Both the position numbers and the translations under genes were made by a program. Positions 19,184 to 29,153 of a stretch of DNA of 64,000 nucleotides are shown piece after piece; positions within the stretch are counted from its first letter, which is position 1, and each line of letters begins with the position of its first letter. The stretch covers positions 193,435-257,434 of the forward strand of contig JAMPII010000001.1 in assembly GCA_023662835.1 (NCBI GenBank). Reading direction: 5' to 3'. Source of the DNA: Muribaculaceae bacterium. GTDB lineage: Bacteria > Bacteroidota > Bacteroidia > Bacteroidales > Muribaculaceae. A model generated the notes under the pieces. The model ran no database searches. It saw only the letters and a program-made list of their open reading frames with translations, and was not told the DNA's origin.

Positions 19184-22075
19184 ATGAAAAAATTATTTTT
19201 GGTTCTAATGGCCGCAATAACGGCATTTGGATCTTACGCACAATCGTTTAGCGCTACATGGACGCTTAGCGACCCTGATAATTTAAACAAAACGTCACTC
19301 GTTGGTGATGAAGTTATAGTATCAAATCTGTCAACAGGATTCGCTCTTGGCGATAAAATGACTAATAAGCGCCAACTAACCTCTGCTGAAGTCGAGACTG
19401 GAAAAAACCCGGTAAACTACGAACCACCGTTTACTGTCTACAAACCCGCGGAACGAGTAACTACAAAAACCGACGGACATTGCTTGACAATGACCTTGAC
19501 ACCCGCTGCGGGCCATCTATTCTGCCCAGCTTCATTGGAATTTGACGCTGTAAAGGTTGGCACCAATGCCGGCTCGTTCGATGTATATTACCGAATTGGC
19601 GAAGGCGAAGATGTTGCAGTCGCCACAAATATATCTCCCTCCCGCGACAAAGTAACTGTATCCGTGCCCGATGGTTGCAGTCACCATAAATTTGAGCTGG
19701 ACAATATAAAGATTGAAGATGGTCAAACTCTCACAGTAACAATATACCCAATGAAAGTTCCCGTCGACAAAGAGATGGGATTCCGTAATGTGACCATAGC
19801 CGGCAATCTCGACGAGAATCTCTACGTTTCCGACCTATACATCAAATCTATTACATGCTCCGGCGCTACTACACGCGGAGGTGCAGCCGTAACCCACGAT
19901 CTCACAGCTGCATCAAAATCGCTTGGCAACGGCGGAACAGGCTCCTACAGCACACGCATTTTTGGAGAGCCTACAAACATCAAGGTTGAAACTATCGAAG
20001 GCTATACAGCAACAGCAACTTTCAACAGACCAATGATCGATGTAACTATTTTCAATGGTAATGTTAAATTCATGTCGTTCAGCATACGTATGAAAGTTAC
20101 ATCGCTTTCTTCCAAGCCAAAGGCAACGCCTCTCAAACGTGGTCTTATGGCTCTAAGTTTGACAGGCGCGAAAATGGGCACCGGCAACCTCGTTTCATGG
20201 CGCCATCGTGAAGCCGACGGTTACGGCGTAAAATACAAACTATACCGCGGCGACGAACAAGAACAGTCAACCCTGCTCAACGACGGTCTATACATAATTG
20301 ATCGCACCAACTTCCTCGACGAAGATGGAGCAGCCGACAATTTCTATCGTTTGGAAACCTACGACGCCACCGGAAAACTCCTCGAAACAGAGGTAAGCAA
20401 ACAAACATGGGCAAGCCAAACATTGTATATCCCTACTGAAGCCCCAACCGACAAATATCACAACGCATATTATTCACCTAACGACGCTTCCTACTGTGAC
20501 ATGGACGGCGACGGTGAATACGAAATCATCCTTAAATGGTACCCCGACAACGCAAAGGACTCTGCATCGTCGGGCACAACATCGCCGGCAATTTACGACT
20601 GTCTGAAACTCGACGGCACTCGCCTGTGGCGTATCGATGCCGGCCCAAACATGTTCTGCGGCGCCCACACCACTCCATTCATTGCCTGGGACCTTGACGG
20701 CGACGGCTATGGCGAATTCATGATCAAAACAGCACCCGGCACAATCGACGGAGAAGGCAATTATGTACTTTTAGATACCGACGACCCCGCTGCCAACCTA
20801 CTAAACAGCAACGGTAAGCAAGTAAGCGGCAGCGAATATATTACAGTGTTCGACGGTATGACAGGTGCCGAGTTGGCAACTATTCCATACCACACCGATT
20901 ATAAAACCGGACAAAGCGTATGGGGCGACAACTATCAAAATCGTTCTGAACGCTATCTGTCAGCCCTGGCCTATCTTGACGGACCCGACGCAAACCCCAG
21001 CCCGATTTTCGCCCGTGGCTACTATTCAGGTGCTTTTGTCGCCGCCTACGATTGGGACGGTGTCACATTGAAAGAACGTTGGGTCAGCCGCAACGCCACT
21101 AAAGGTCAAGGCCTCTGGGGTGAAGGTGCCCACTGGATTTCTGTTGGTGATTGCGATGGCGACGGCAAGCATGAAATAGTTTACGGCTCAAGCGCTCTCG
21201 ACGACGATGGCTCGCTACTCTATCGCACAGGACTCGGCCACGGCGATGCATTGCACCTTTTCGATCTTCTACCCGAACGTCCGGGCATGGAACTATTCAT
21301 GGTTCATGAAGAATCGCCTTACGGCTACGACCTGCGCGATGCCGCTACCGGCAAATTGATTTTGCACGTCACCGCAGATGGCGACACCGGCCGCGGAATT
21401 GCAGCACACTTCGATTCTAGCTACAACCGCTCACAATTCTTATACAGCGCATCGGCCGGCGTTCACGACTGCCTCGACGGATCAATGATTGCTGAAAAAT
21501 GGGCAATAGGTTCCAGCGGTGCCGGGATCAACAACCGAATCTACTGGGACGGCGACCTCTACGATGAATTCTACGATAAGAGTATCATTGCCCACTGGAA
21601 CCACGAGAACGCATGGTTCGACCGCTATCAGGTGAACGGTGGCATGTACACAATCGGGAATCTTAACAACGGTTCGAAATACAACCCATGTGTACTGGGC
21701 GACCTCCTTGGCGACTGGCGCGAGGAAATCGTCACATGGGACGGAGGCACAAAACATCTTATCATCAATGCTACAAGCTTCACAACCGACTATCGCATAC
21801 CACACCTGATGGACGACCTTAACTATCGTGTGCAAGTTGTGAACCAGAACTGCGGCTACAACCAACCGCCTCACTTATCGTGCGATCCATCAGTCAAATA
21901 CACAGGCAACCCCAACGTAGCCAGCCAAGATGATATCACAAGCGGAATCGACTCAATAGAAGCCGATACCAACAACGGACCAGACGTAATCTACAACATT
22001 CAAGGCATCCGTATCGATAAAATCACCTCACCTGGCCTATACATCAAAAACGGCAAGAAAATTATGGTTCGTTAA
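19184..22075 (+). CDS. Rhamnogalacturonan lyase, PL11 (YesW-like), with N-terminal extra module and T9SS C-terminal sorting domain
   Basis: 963 aa with a signal peptide and a ~330-aa N-terminal region of unknown type. The PL11 propeller core carries Ca-type DxDGDG repeats (DMDGDGEYEIILKW, DLDGDGYGEFMIK, DCDGDGKHEIVYG). The C-terminal tail is ..VIYNIQGIRIDKITSPGLYIKNGKKIMVR. Confidence 0.8.
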   Translation: MKKLFLVLMAAITAFGSYAQSFSATWTLSDPDNLNKTSLVGDEVIVSNLSTGFALGDKMTNKRQLTSAEVETGKNPVNYEPPFTVYKPAERVTTKTDGHCLTMTLTPAAGHLFCPASLEFDAVKVGTNAGSFDVYYRIGEGEDVAVATNISPSRDKVTVSVPDGCSHHKFELDNIKIEDGQTLTVTIYPMKVPVDKEMGFRNVTIAGNLDENLYVSDLYIKSITCSGATTRGGAAVTHDLTAASKSLGNGGTGSYSTRIFGEPTNIKVETIEGYTATATFNRPMIDVTIFNGNVKFMSFSIRMKVTSLSSKPKATPLKRGLMALSLTGAKMGTGNLVSWRHREADGYGVKYKLYRGDEQEQSTLLNDGLYIIDRTNFLDEDGAADNFYRLETYDATGKLLETEVSKQTWASQTLYIPTEAPTDKYHNAYYSPNDASYCDMDGDGEYEIILKWYPDNAKDSASSGTTSPAIYDCLKLDGTRLWRIDAGPNMFCGAHTTPFIAWDLDGDGYGEFMIKTAPGTIDGEGNYVLLDTDDPAANLLNSNGKQVSGSEYITVFDGMTGAELATIPYHTDYKTGQSVWGDNYQNRSERYLSALAYLDGPDANPSPIFARGYYSGAFVAAYDWDGVTLKERWVSRNATKGQGLWGEGAHWISVGDCDGDGKHEIVYGSSALDDDGSLLYRTGLGHGDALHLFDLLPERPGMELFMVHEESPYGYDLRDAATGKLILHVTADGDTGRGIAAHFDSSYNRSQFLYSASAGVHDCLDGSMIAEKWAIGSSGAGINNRIYWDGDLYDEFYDKSIIAHWNHENAWFDRYQVNGGMYTIGNLNNGSKYNPCVLGDLLGDWREEIVTWDGGTKHLIINATSFTTDYRIPHLMDDLNYRVQVVNQNCGYNQPPHLSCDPSVKYTGNPNVASQDDITSGIDSIEADTNNGPDVIYNIQGIRIDKITSPGLYIKNGKKIMVR

Positions 22076-22102
22076 TCCACACCGCAATTATTATCGCAAC
22101 AC

Positions 22103-22140
22103 GCAGGGGCGATGTGTCGTAACTGACACATCGCCCCTGC
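22103..22140 (+). terminator. 16-bp perfect hairpin after the PL11 gene
   Basis: GCAGGGGCGATGTGTC-gtaact-GACACATCGCCCCTGC lies 27 nt after the stop. There is no adjacent T tract. Confidence 0.5.
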
Positions 22141-22215
22141 TGTACTCAGCAGTAAAAAAAATGATGCTAGCTTGAGTTTTGTGGTATTTAGTTTTGCGAA
22201 AAGCGCCATATATAT

Positions 22216-22223
22216 TAATTTTG
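22216..22223 (+). promoter_or_regulatory. Candidate -7 box for the ftsX operon (a second candidate is at 22189-22196)
   Basis: TAATTTTG at 22216 and TAGTTTTG at 22189 both match TAnnTTTG. They lie 115-142 nt upstream of ATG 22339. Confidence 0.3.
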
Positions 22224-22338
22224 CACGTCATTTGGCGTGCTATGCTCACATCCAAACTACTTACGTGCAACACATCAAGCTGATGATTTGCCGTTTACGC
22301 AGTTTTCAGGCAAGAAAGCATGCTGATATTTTTAGAAT

Positions 22339-23214
22339 ATGGGTAAAAGAAGCCACAAAGGCATATTTATAATTTCAGCTCAGCTAACCTCAACGGTAAG
22401 CATCGCATTGGTTCTCCTGTTGCTTGGCATAATTGCAGCAATAGGTATCGCTGCAAACACCGTGAAACGCTCCATCCAGGAGAACATGGGATTCAACATT
22501 GTATTGGCCGACAGCATTTCAGAAAGCCAGTTAAACGTTATAAAATCGGCTTGCACCAATTCGGCAGCAATCGCTTCGCAACGATACGTAAGTTCTGAAA
22601 ACGCCCTTGAACAATGGCGTTCACAAACCGGCGACGACCTCATGGAGATTCTGAAAATAAACCCGTTCAGTTCCGAAATCGAGGTTAAAGTTAAAGCCGA
22701 TTATTCCAACACCGACTCTATTGAAAAAATCGCTGCGCCTATCAGGCTTTTACCCGGAGTTAGCGAGATAACAATCCCAACCCATATTGTCGATTCAATA
22801 AACCAATCGTTGCGTTCGCTGGCAATTGTGCTCAGCATAGTTGCCGTTTTACTACTAATAATATCGTTCGCACTAATCAACAACACCGTCCATTTGGCTA
22901 TCTACGCCCGACGGTTCTCGATCCACACAATGAAGCTGGTAGGCGCCACAGCATCGTTTATCCGCCGGCCGTTCATTATCAGCAACATTACCTGCGGAAT
23001 CATTGCCGCCCTAATTGCCGACTCAATTCTCGCCTCTTTAATATATTATGCCCACTCACTCAGTTCCGAAATTGAGCAAGCAATTACATGGACCGACGCT
23101 TCGCTTGTTTTCGTAGCTTTAGTACTGGCCGGCATAACCATTACAGCAACTGCCGCTTTCTTCTCAACAAACAAATACTTACGCTCCGACTACGACGACA
23201 TGTTCCGCCAATAG
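22339..23214 (+). CDS. ftsX: FtsX-like cell-division permease
   Basis: 291 aa with FtsX topology: TM1, a ~100-aa extracytoplasmic loop, then three C-terminal TM helices. Conserved Bacteroidetes synteny with DUF3098-uppP-truB. Confidence 0.75.
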   Translation: MGKRSHKGIFIISAQLTSTVSIALVLLLLGIIAAIGIAANTVKRSIQENMGFNIVLADSISESQLNVIKSACTNSAAIASQRYVSSENALEQWRSQTGDDLMEILKINPFSSEIEVKVKADYSNTDSIEKIAAPIRLLPGVSEITIPTHIVDSINQSLRSLAIVLSIVAVLLLIISFALINNTVHLAIYARRFSIHTMKLVGATASFIRRPFIISNITCGIIAALIADSILASLIYYAHSLSSEIEQAITWTDASLVFVALVLAGITITATAAFFSTNKYLRSDYDDMFRQ

Positions 23215-23241
23215 CCGGCAATAAAAAGAAAATTATTTGAT

Positions 23242-23535
23242 ATGGCAACAAAATATGTAAACTCTACGTCGGCCGACAACGGCATCGAGCCTCAACCCGA
23301 CAATCAGCGTCCGCTGCAACGTAAAAATTTCATCTTTATGATCATCTCCGGTGTGATGATCGTAGTAGGATTCCTACTGATGCTCGGCGGAAGCTCAACC
23401 CCTGAACAGTTTAACCCCGACATATTCTCAACGCGCCGAATTGTAATCGGTCCTGCTTTCGCATTTATCGGCTTCATATTAATGGGCGTGGCAATCGTTT
23501 GGGTTCCAAAATCAAAACAACTACCAAATTCATAA
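23242..23535 (+). CDS. DUF3098-like small two-TM membrane protein
   Basis: 97 aa with two TM helices. It occupies the conserved slot between ftsX and uppP in Bacteroidetes. Confidence 0.55.
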   Translation: MATKYVNSTSADNGIEPQPDNQRPLQRKNFIFMIISGVMIVVGFLLMLGGSSTPEQFNPDIFSTRRIVIGPAFAFIGFILMGVAIVWVPKSKQLPNS

Positions 23536-23544
23536 CAATACAAA

Positions 23545-24366
23545 ATGGACTGGCTACAAGCTCTCATTCTTGGAATTATACAGGGATTGGCAGAATACCT
23601 GCCAATCAGTTCAAGCGGACATCTGGAAATTTTTCGCGAGATACTCCATGTCGACCTCCCTTCCGACGAGATTCTTGAATTCGACGTAATGCTTCATGCT
23701 GCAACAGTATTATCGACATTAGTTGTATTGCGCAACGAATTCTTCCCACTGTGCAAAAGCTTCTTCACGGTAAAACTCGACTACAATTTCTATTACGTTT
23801 GCAAGATTTTACTTTCATGCATACCAGTTGCAATTGTAGGATTCTGTTTCAAGGACATGGTTGAATCTTTTTTTGGAGGTAGTCTTACAACCGTTGGTAT
23901 CTGTTTAATCATCACGGCAGCACTGCTTACATTCGCATACATGTTCCGCACACGCCCGCTGATAAAATCGCGCACCGAATCAGAAGGCCACGACATCACC
24001 TGGGTGGATGCTTTCATTATAGGTATCGCTCAAGCCGTTGCAGTATTGCCTGGCTTGTCACGCTCCGGCACAACTATCGCAACCGGCATCATGCTAGGTG
24101 ATAACCGGTCGAAAGTAGCTTCATTTTCATTCCTGATGGTGATAATTCCTATTCTTGGTGAAGCTCTGCTCAACGTGAAAGACATGTTGGAAGCTCCTTC
24201 CACCACACAAGCTGTTGGAACCCTGGAGTTGACAATAGGTTTCATAGCTTCGTTTCTAGTAGGTTGCGCAGCTTGCCAATGGATGCTGAACATAGTTAAA
24301 AAGGGCAAACTCGTTTGGTTCGCAATTTACTGCGTTATAGTGGGACTCATTTGCATAATCTGGTAA
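23545..24366 (+). CDS. uppP: Undecaprenyl-diphosphate phosphatase
   Basis: 273 aa, polytopic, with BacA/UppP motifs (QGLAEYLPISSSGHL; PGLSRSGTTI). Confidence 0.9.
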   Translation: MDWLQALILGIIQGLAEYLPISSSGHLEIFREILHVDLPSDEILEFDVMLHAATVLSTLVVLRNEFFPLCKSFFTVKLDYNFYYVCKILLSCIPVAIVGFCFKDMVESFFGGSLTTVGICLIITAALLTFAYMFRTRPLIKSRTESEGHDITWVDAFIIGIAQAVAVLPGLSRSGTTIATGIMLGDNRSKVASFSFLMVIIPILGEALLNVKDMLEAPSTTQAVGTLELTIGFIASFLVGCAACQWMLNIVKKGKLVWFAIYCVIVGLICIIW

Positions 24367-24375
24367 TAGCTCGAA

Positions 24376-25092
24376 ATGAACTATATCGACGGAGAAATAT
24401 TATATATTGATAAGCCCTACCGCTGGACATCGTTCGACGTAGTGAAACGTTTACGCGGCGAACTGACCCGCCGTCTCCACTGTCGCAAGTTAAAAGTGGG
24501 ACATGCTGGCACACTCGATCCACTGGCAACTGGCGTGATGATTGTATGCACAGGACGCGCAACAAAACAGATCGACACTCTTCAGGCCAGCGTAAAAGAA
24601 TATGTTGCAACAATTTCATTGGGAGCAACAACACCATCGTTCGACCTTGAAACAGAAATCGACGCCACCTACCCCACCGAACATATTACCCGACAGCTAG
24701 TCGAACAAACACTTCTATCGTTCATAGGGACAATCAACCAAACGCCACCAGCATATTCCGCAATTAAAATCAACGGAGAACGGGCCTACACATTTGCACG
24801 CCGTGGCGAACAGGTTGAAATGAAAACAAAAACATTAGTAATCGACACTATCGAGCTGCTTGACTATCAACCCAACGAAATCACCCTACGTATCGTGTGT
24901 TCAAAAGGCACATACATTCGAGCGCTGGCACGCGACATAGGCCAAGCTCTAAACTCAGGAGCCCACTTGACCGCACTTCGGCGTACACGCATTGGGAAAG
25001 TCACGATCGACCAATGCCTATCCCCGGCCGACATGGTAAAACAAATAAAGGAACTCCCCGTAGAGATGCCCGAAACAAAAACCGAACAATAA
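24376..25092 (+). CDS. truB: tRNA pseudouridine(55) synthase
   Basis: 238 aa with the catalytic motif [15 protein letters not shown] and the TruB core ([15 protein letters not shown]). Confidence 0.9.
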   Translation: MNYIDGEILYIDKPYRWTSFDVVKRLRGELTRRLHCRKLKVGHAGTLDPLATGVMIVCTGRATKQIDTLQASVKEYVATISLGATTPSFDLETEIDATYPTEHITRQLVEQTLLSFIGTINQTPPAYSAIKINGERAYTFARRGEQVEMKTKTLVIDTIELLDYQPNEITLRIVCSKGTYIRALARDIGQALNSGAHLTALRRTRIGKVTIDQCLSPADMVKQIKELPVEMPETKTEQ

Positions 25093-25105
25093 CAAGAAAA
25101 GATAT

Positions 25106-26155
25106 ATGAAACTCTCACAATTTAAATTCAAACTCCCCGAAGAGCTCATAGCATCCGAACCGGCACAAAACCGCGACGAATCGCGGCTAATGGTTGTAAA
25201 CCGCAAAACCGGACAAATCGAACATCATATTTTTAAAGAAATCATACAATACTTCGACGAAGGCGACATGTTCATCTTCAACGACACCCGTGTTTTTCCG
25301 GCTCGTCTGACAGGCAACAAGGAAAAAACCGGTGCAAAAATCGAAGTGTTCCTCCTCCGCGAACTGAACGAAGAGCACAAGTTGTGGGACGTACTGGTAG
25401 AACCGGCACGTAAAATCCGCATCGGCAACAAACTCTATTTTGGTGAAAACGACTCAATGGTAGCCGAAGTGATTGATAACACAACTTCTCGCGGCCGCAC
25501 GCTCCGGTTCCTCTACGACGGTTCACACGACGAATTTAAAGAAACCCTTTTCAAACTAGGCTCAACTCCAATCCCCCCCTATATCAAACGAGAGCCAAAC
25601 GACAACGATGTAGAAAACTATCAATGCATCTTCGCAAAAAACGAAGGAGCAGTTGTTGCGCCCGCTGCCGGCCGCCATTTCTCGCGTGAGCTACTCAAAC
25701 GAATGGAACTCAAAGGAATCGAATCCGGATTTCTAACTCTTCACTCCGGATTAGGCAACTACCGAGAAATCGATGTTGAGGATTTGACCAAACATCGCAT
25801 GGACTCTGAGGAAATGGTTGTTGACGAAAACCTTGTCGAGAAAGTGAACGCTACAAAAGATAGTGGCAATAAAATATGCGCCGTCGGCACATCTGTGCTT
25901 CGCGGCATAGAAAGCGCCGTATCAATGGGTGGCCACATGAAAACGTTCTCCGGATGGACAAACAAATTCATCTTCCCCCCCTACGATTTCACAGTTCCCG
26001 ACGCAATGGTTACCAACTTCCACATGCCCTATTCAACAATGCTTATGATGGTTTGTGCTTTCGGAACCTACGATCTCGTTATGAAAGCCTACAACGAAGC
26101 TATCGAAAACAAATACCGTTTCGGTGCCTACGGCGACGCAATGCTCATCCTATAA
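25106..26155 (+). CDS. queA: S-adenosylmethionine:tRNA ribosyltransferase-isomerase
   Basis: 349 aa, QueA-like throughout ([28 protein letters not shown]; [14 protein letters not shown]). Confidence 0.95.
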   Translation: MKLSQFKFKLPEELIASEPAQNRDESRLMVVNRKTGQIEHHIFKEIIQYFDEGDMFIFNDTRVFPARLTGNKEKTGAKIEVFLLRELNEEHKLWDVLVEPARKIRIGNKLYFGENDSMVAEVIDNTTSRGRTLRFLYDGSHDEFKETLFKLGSTPIPPYIKREPNDNDVENYQCIFAKNEGAVVAPAAGRHFSRELLKRMELKGIESGFLTLHSGLGNYREIDVEDLTKHRMDSEEMVVDENLVEKVNATKDSGNKICAVGTSVLRGIESAVSMGGHMKTFSGWTNKFIFPPYDFTVPDAMVTNFHMPYSTMLMMVCAFGTYDLVMKAYNEAIENKYRFGAYGDAMLIL

Positions 26156-26197
26156 GCTACCTGTCCGATGCCCATACGGCAATAACACCTAACAATT

Positions 26198-28009
26198 ATG
26201 TCAAATATACTGACAGGTCTGGTTCATAATCAGGCCATCAAATATAGCACCCGCGCTGCTTTCGCCTTTAAAAGCAACCAGCAGGAACATTGGATCGACA
26301 CCTCTTGGACCGATTTTGCCAAAGAGGTCGACTACGCCGCCTACGCAATGGATATTCTGGGAGTAGAGCCGGGACACAAGCTGGGCGTATTCACAGCCAA
26401 CCGCCCCCAAGTGCTCACAACCGACTTCGCAGCATTCCAAAACCGCGCCATCCCAGTATCTCTCTACGCCACAAGCTCGCTCGAGCAGGTTGAGTATATT
26501 GTTAACGACGCATTAATCAACATTCTATTTGTCGGCGATGCCGCACAATATGAAATCGCGCTGCAAGCCTGTGCGAAATGTCCTTCACTGAAACAGATTA
26601 TTGTCTACGATGAAACTGTACTAATACACCAAGACGACAATACCACAATGACCTTCCCGGCTTTTTTAGCCCTGGGAGAATCAGCAACCGACAATTGCCG
26701 CCAGCGTGTCGACCAACGTCGCGACGATGCTCAAGATTCTGACATAGCAACCTTGCTCTACACGTCGGGCACTACCGGCGAACCCAAAGGCGCAATTCTG
26801 CCTCACTCTTGCTTTAACGCAGCTCTAAGCATTCACCGCGAACGCCTGAAAAACCTTTCCGACAACGACACCTCGGTATGTTTTTTGCCGCTTAGCCACA
26901 TCTTTGAAAAAGCCTGGACTTATTTTTGCCTTTACTCAGGAATAAAAGTGTATGTCAACCTCGATCCGCACGACATCCAAAACACTATTCGTCAGGTAAA
27001 ACCGACATGCATGTGCGCCGTTCCTCGCTTCTGGGAAAAAGTATACGCCGCCGTACAATCAAAAATTCAACGTATGGGGCCTGTGCAGCGCGCCCTCGTA
27101 AAACGAGCATTGAAAGTAGGACAACGCCGCAACCTCGATTACGTACGTCTTGGCCGTAAGGTGCCTGCTATGCTTGAACTCCAATATTCCTTCTTCGACA
27201 AGCATGTGTTCTCTACTATGCGCAAAGTAATCGGTATAAACGACGGAAACATGTTCCCAACAGCCGGTGCTCCGCTGTCCGACACAATATGCACCTTCCT
27301 CCACTCGTGCGGAATCAACATCGTAATAGGCTATGGATTGTCGGAAACAACAGCCACAGTAACATGCTTCCCGGCCGTTGGCTATCGAATAGGCACCGTG
27401 GGCACCGTACTGCCTCGTATCCAGATGAAACTAAGTCCTGAAGGCGAAATTCTAGTATGTGGCGAAACCGTTATGAAAGGCTACTATAATAAGCCGGAGG
27501 CTACTGCCGAAGCATTTACCTCCGACGGTTGGTTCCGCACAGGCGATGCCGGCAAAATCGACGATACCGGCGCCCTGGTGCTAACAGAACGAATCAAGGA
27601 CTTGTTCAAAACCTCAAACGGCAAATATATCGCACCGCAGGCCCTCGAAAGCAAGTTGGGAGAAGACGAATACATTGAGCAAGTAGCCGTGATTGGCGAC
27701 CAGCGCAAATATGTAACAGCCATAATCATACCCGCATTTGAGGCACTGAAAGAATATGCGACGAAGAAAAAAATTTCCTACAAATCATTGGCCGAGTTAG
27801 TTAACAACTCTGAGATACGCCGTATGATTCAGGATCGAATCGACCGACTTCAGAAAGGATTTGCCAACTACGAAAAAATAAAGAAATTCACGCTGCTACC
27901 CAGCGAGTTCACAATGGAAAGCGGCGAGTTGACAAACACCCTCAAACTACGCCGCCCAGTAATCAACAAGAAATATGCCGGCATAATCGAGGCCATGTAT
28001 GCCTCATGA
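26198..28009 (+). CDS. Long-chain fatty acid-CoA ligase (AMP-forming adenylating enzyme)
   Basis: 603 aa with the AMP-binding signature LLYTSGTTGEPKGA, plus GYGLSETT, TGD and the C-terminal LRR motif of FadD-like ligases. Confidence 0.85.
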   Translation: MSNILTGLVHNQAIKYSTRAAFAFKSNQQEHWIDTSWTDFAKEVDYAAYAMDILGVEPGHKLGVFTANRPQVLTTDFAAFQNRAIPVSLYATSSLEQVEYIVNDALINILFVGDAAQYEIALQACAKCPSLKQIIVYDETVLIHQDDNTTMTFPAFLALGESATDNCRQRVDQRRDDAQDSDIATLLYTSGTTGEPKGAILPHSCFNAALSIHRERLKNLSDNDTSVCFLPLSHIFEKAWTYFCLYSGIKVYVNLDPHDIQNTIRQVKPTCMCAVPRFWEKVYAAVQSKIQRMGPVQRALVKRALKVGQRRNLDYVRLGRKVPAMLELQYSFFDKHVFSTMRKVIGINDGNMFPTAGAPLSDTICTFLHSCGINIVIGYGLSETTATVTCFPAVGYRIGTVGTVLPRIQMKLSPEGEILVCGETVMKGYYNKPEATAEAFTSDGWFRTGDAGKIDDTGALVLTERIKDLFKTSNGKYIAPQALESKLGEDEYIEQVAVIGDQRKYVTAIIIPAFEALKEYATKKKISYKSLAELVNNSEIRRMIQDRIDRLQKGFANYEKIKKFTLLPSEFTMESGELTNTLKLRRPVINKKYAGIIEAMYAS

Positions 28010-28036
28010 TGCTAAATAAATAATATAACAAACAAT

Positions 28037-29153
28037 ATGACAACCCAAGACCAGATAAAACAGACGATAGAGCGCAAGTCCGCGCTGGGGAGGTATCTTT
28101 GACATCGATTCGAAGAGAATCCAAGTAGAAGAAGAAGAATTACGTACCCACGTGCCCGGCTTCTGGGAAAACCCACAAACCGCACAGGTGCAAATGAAAA
28201 AAATTAAAGACCTCCGCAACTGGATCGACCGCTACGACGAGCTAGACAAACTAACGCAGGAGCTTTCGCTAGCCGCCGACTTTCTAAAAGAAGGCCTTGT
28301 CGACGAAGCCGAACTCGACGCACTTTACGAGCAAGCTACCGCCAAAGTTGAGTCACTTGAGCTGCTGAATATGCTGCGCCGCGAAGAGGACTCTCTTCCT
28401 GCCGTTCTTAAAATAAACTCAGGAGCCGGAGGAACAGAAAGCCAGGACTGGGCATCAATGCTGATGCGCATGTATCTGCGCTGGGCCGAATCGAAAGGCT
28501 ACAAAACCTCAATAGCTCATCTTATCGATGGCGATGAAGCAGGCATAAAATCAGTAACAATCAATATTGAAGGCCCATTTGCATATGGTTATCTAAAAAG
28601 CGAGAATGGCGTGCACCGTCTGGTGCGCGTATCGCCTTACAACGCTCAGGGCAAACGAATGACATCCTTCGCCTCAGTTTTCGTCACCCCTTTGGTCGAC
28701 GACACAATAGAAGTTAAACTCGATCCGGCACTTATGTCGTGGGACACATTCCGAAGCGGCGGTGCCGGCGGACAGAACGTTAACAAAGTTGAATCGGGCG
28801 TTCGTTTACGCTATCAATACACCGACCCTTATACCGGCGAAAAAGAGGAAATTCTCATCGAAAATACCGAGACACGCGACCAGCCCAAAAACAAGGAAAA
28901 TGCATTGCGTTTGCTCCGTTCAATGCTATACGAAAAAGAACTGCAGCATCGTTTGGCCGAACAACGTAAAGTTGAGGACTCCAAACTAAAAATTGAATGG
29001 GGTTCACAGATACGCTCCTACGTGTTCGACGATCGTCGAGTGAAGGATCACCGTACAGGCCACCAGACTTCCGATGTCAACGCCGTAATGGACGGCGACC
29101 TCGACCCATTCATCAAGGACTATCTGATGCAATTCGCCCAAAAAGAAGAATAA
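28037..29153 (+). CDS. prfB: Peptide chain release factor 2, requires programmed +1 frameshift (join 28037..28099, 28101..29153)
   Basis: ATG 28037 opens 21 codons (MTTQDQIKQTIERKSALGRYL) ending in an in-frame TGA at 28100-28102. The +1 frame continues DIDSKRIQVEEEELRTHVPGFWENP into the 28152 track ORF. The GGQ motif is present (SGGAGGQNVNK). Confidence 0.9.
28088..28103 (+). other. prfB +1 frameshift cassette: SD-like GGGAGG, spacer TAT, slippery CTT, stop TGA, C
   Basis: The sequence GGG AGG TAT CTT TGA C is read directly. Its organisation is almost identical to the classical E. coli prfB site (AGG GGG TAT CTT TGA C). Confidence 0.9.

Noticed and set aside
28997-29152. N-terminal 52-codon extension of the argB ORF given by the track.
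   Set aside because: The extension overlaps the 3' end of prfB in another frame and is Arg/Pro-rich. The argB homology begins exactly at MEKLTIIKVGGK (ATG 29153).
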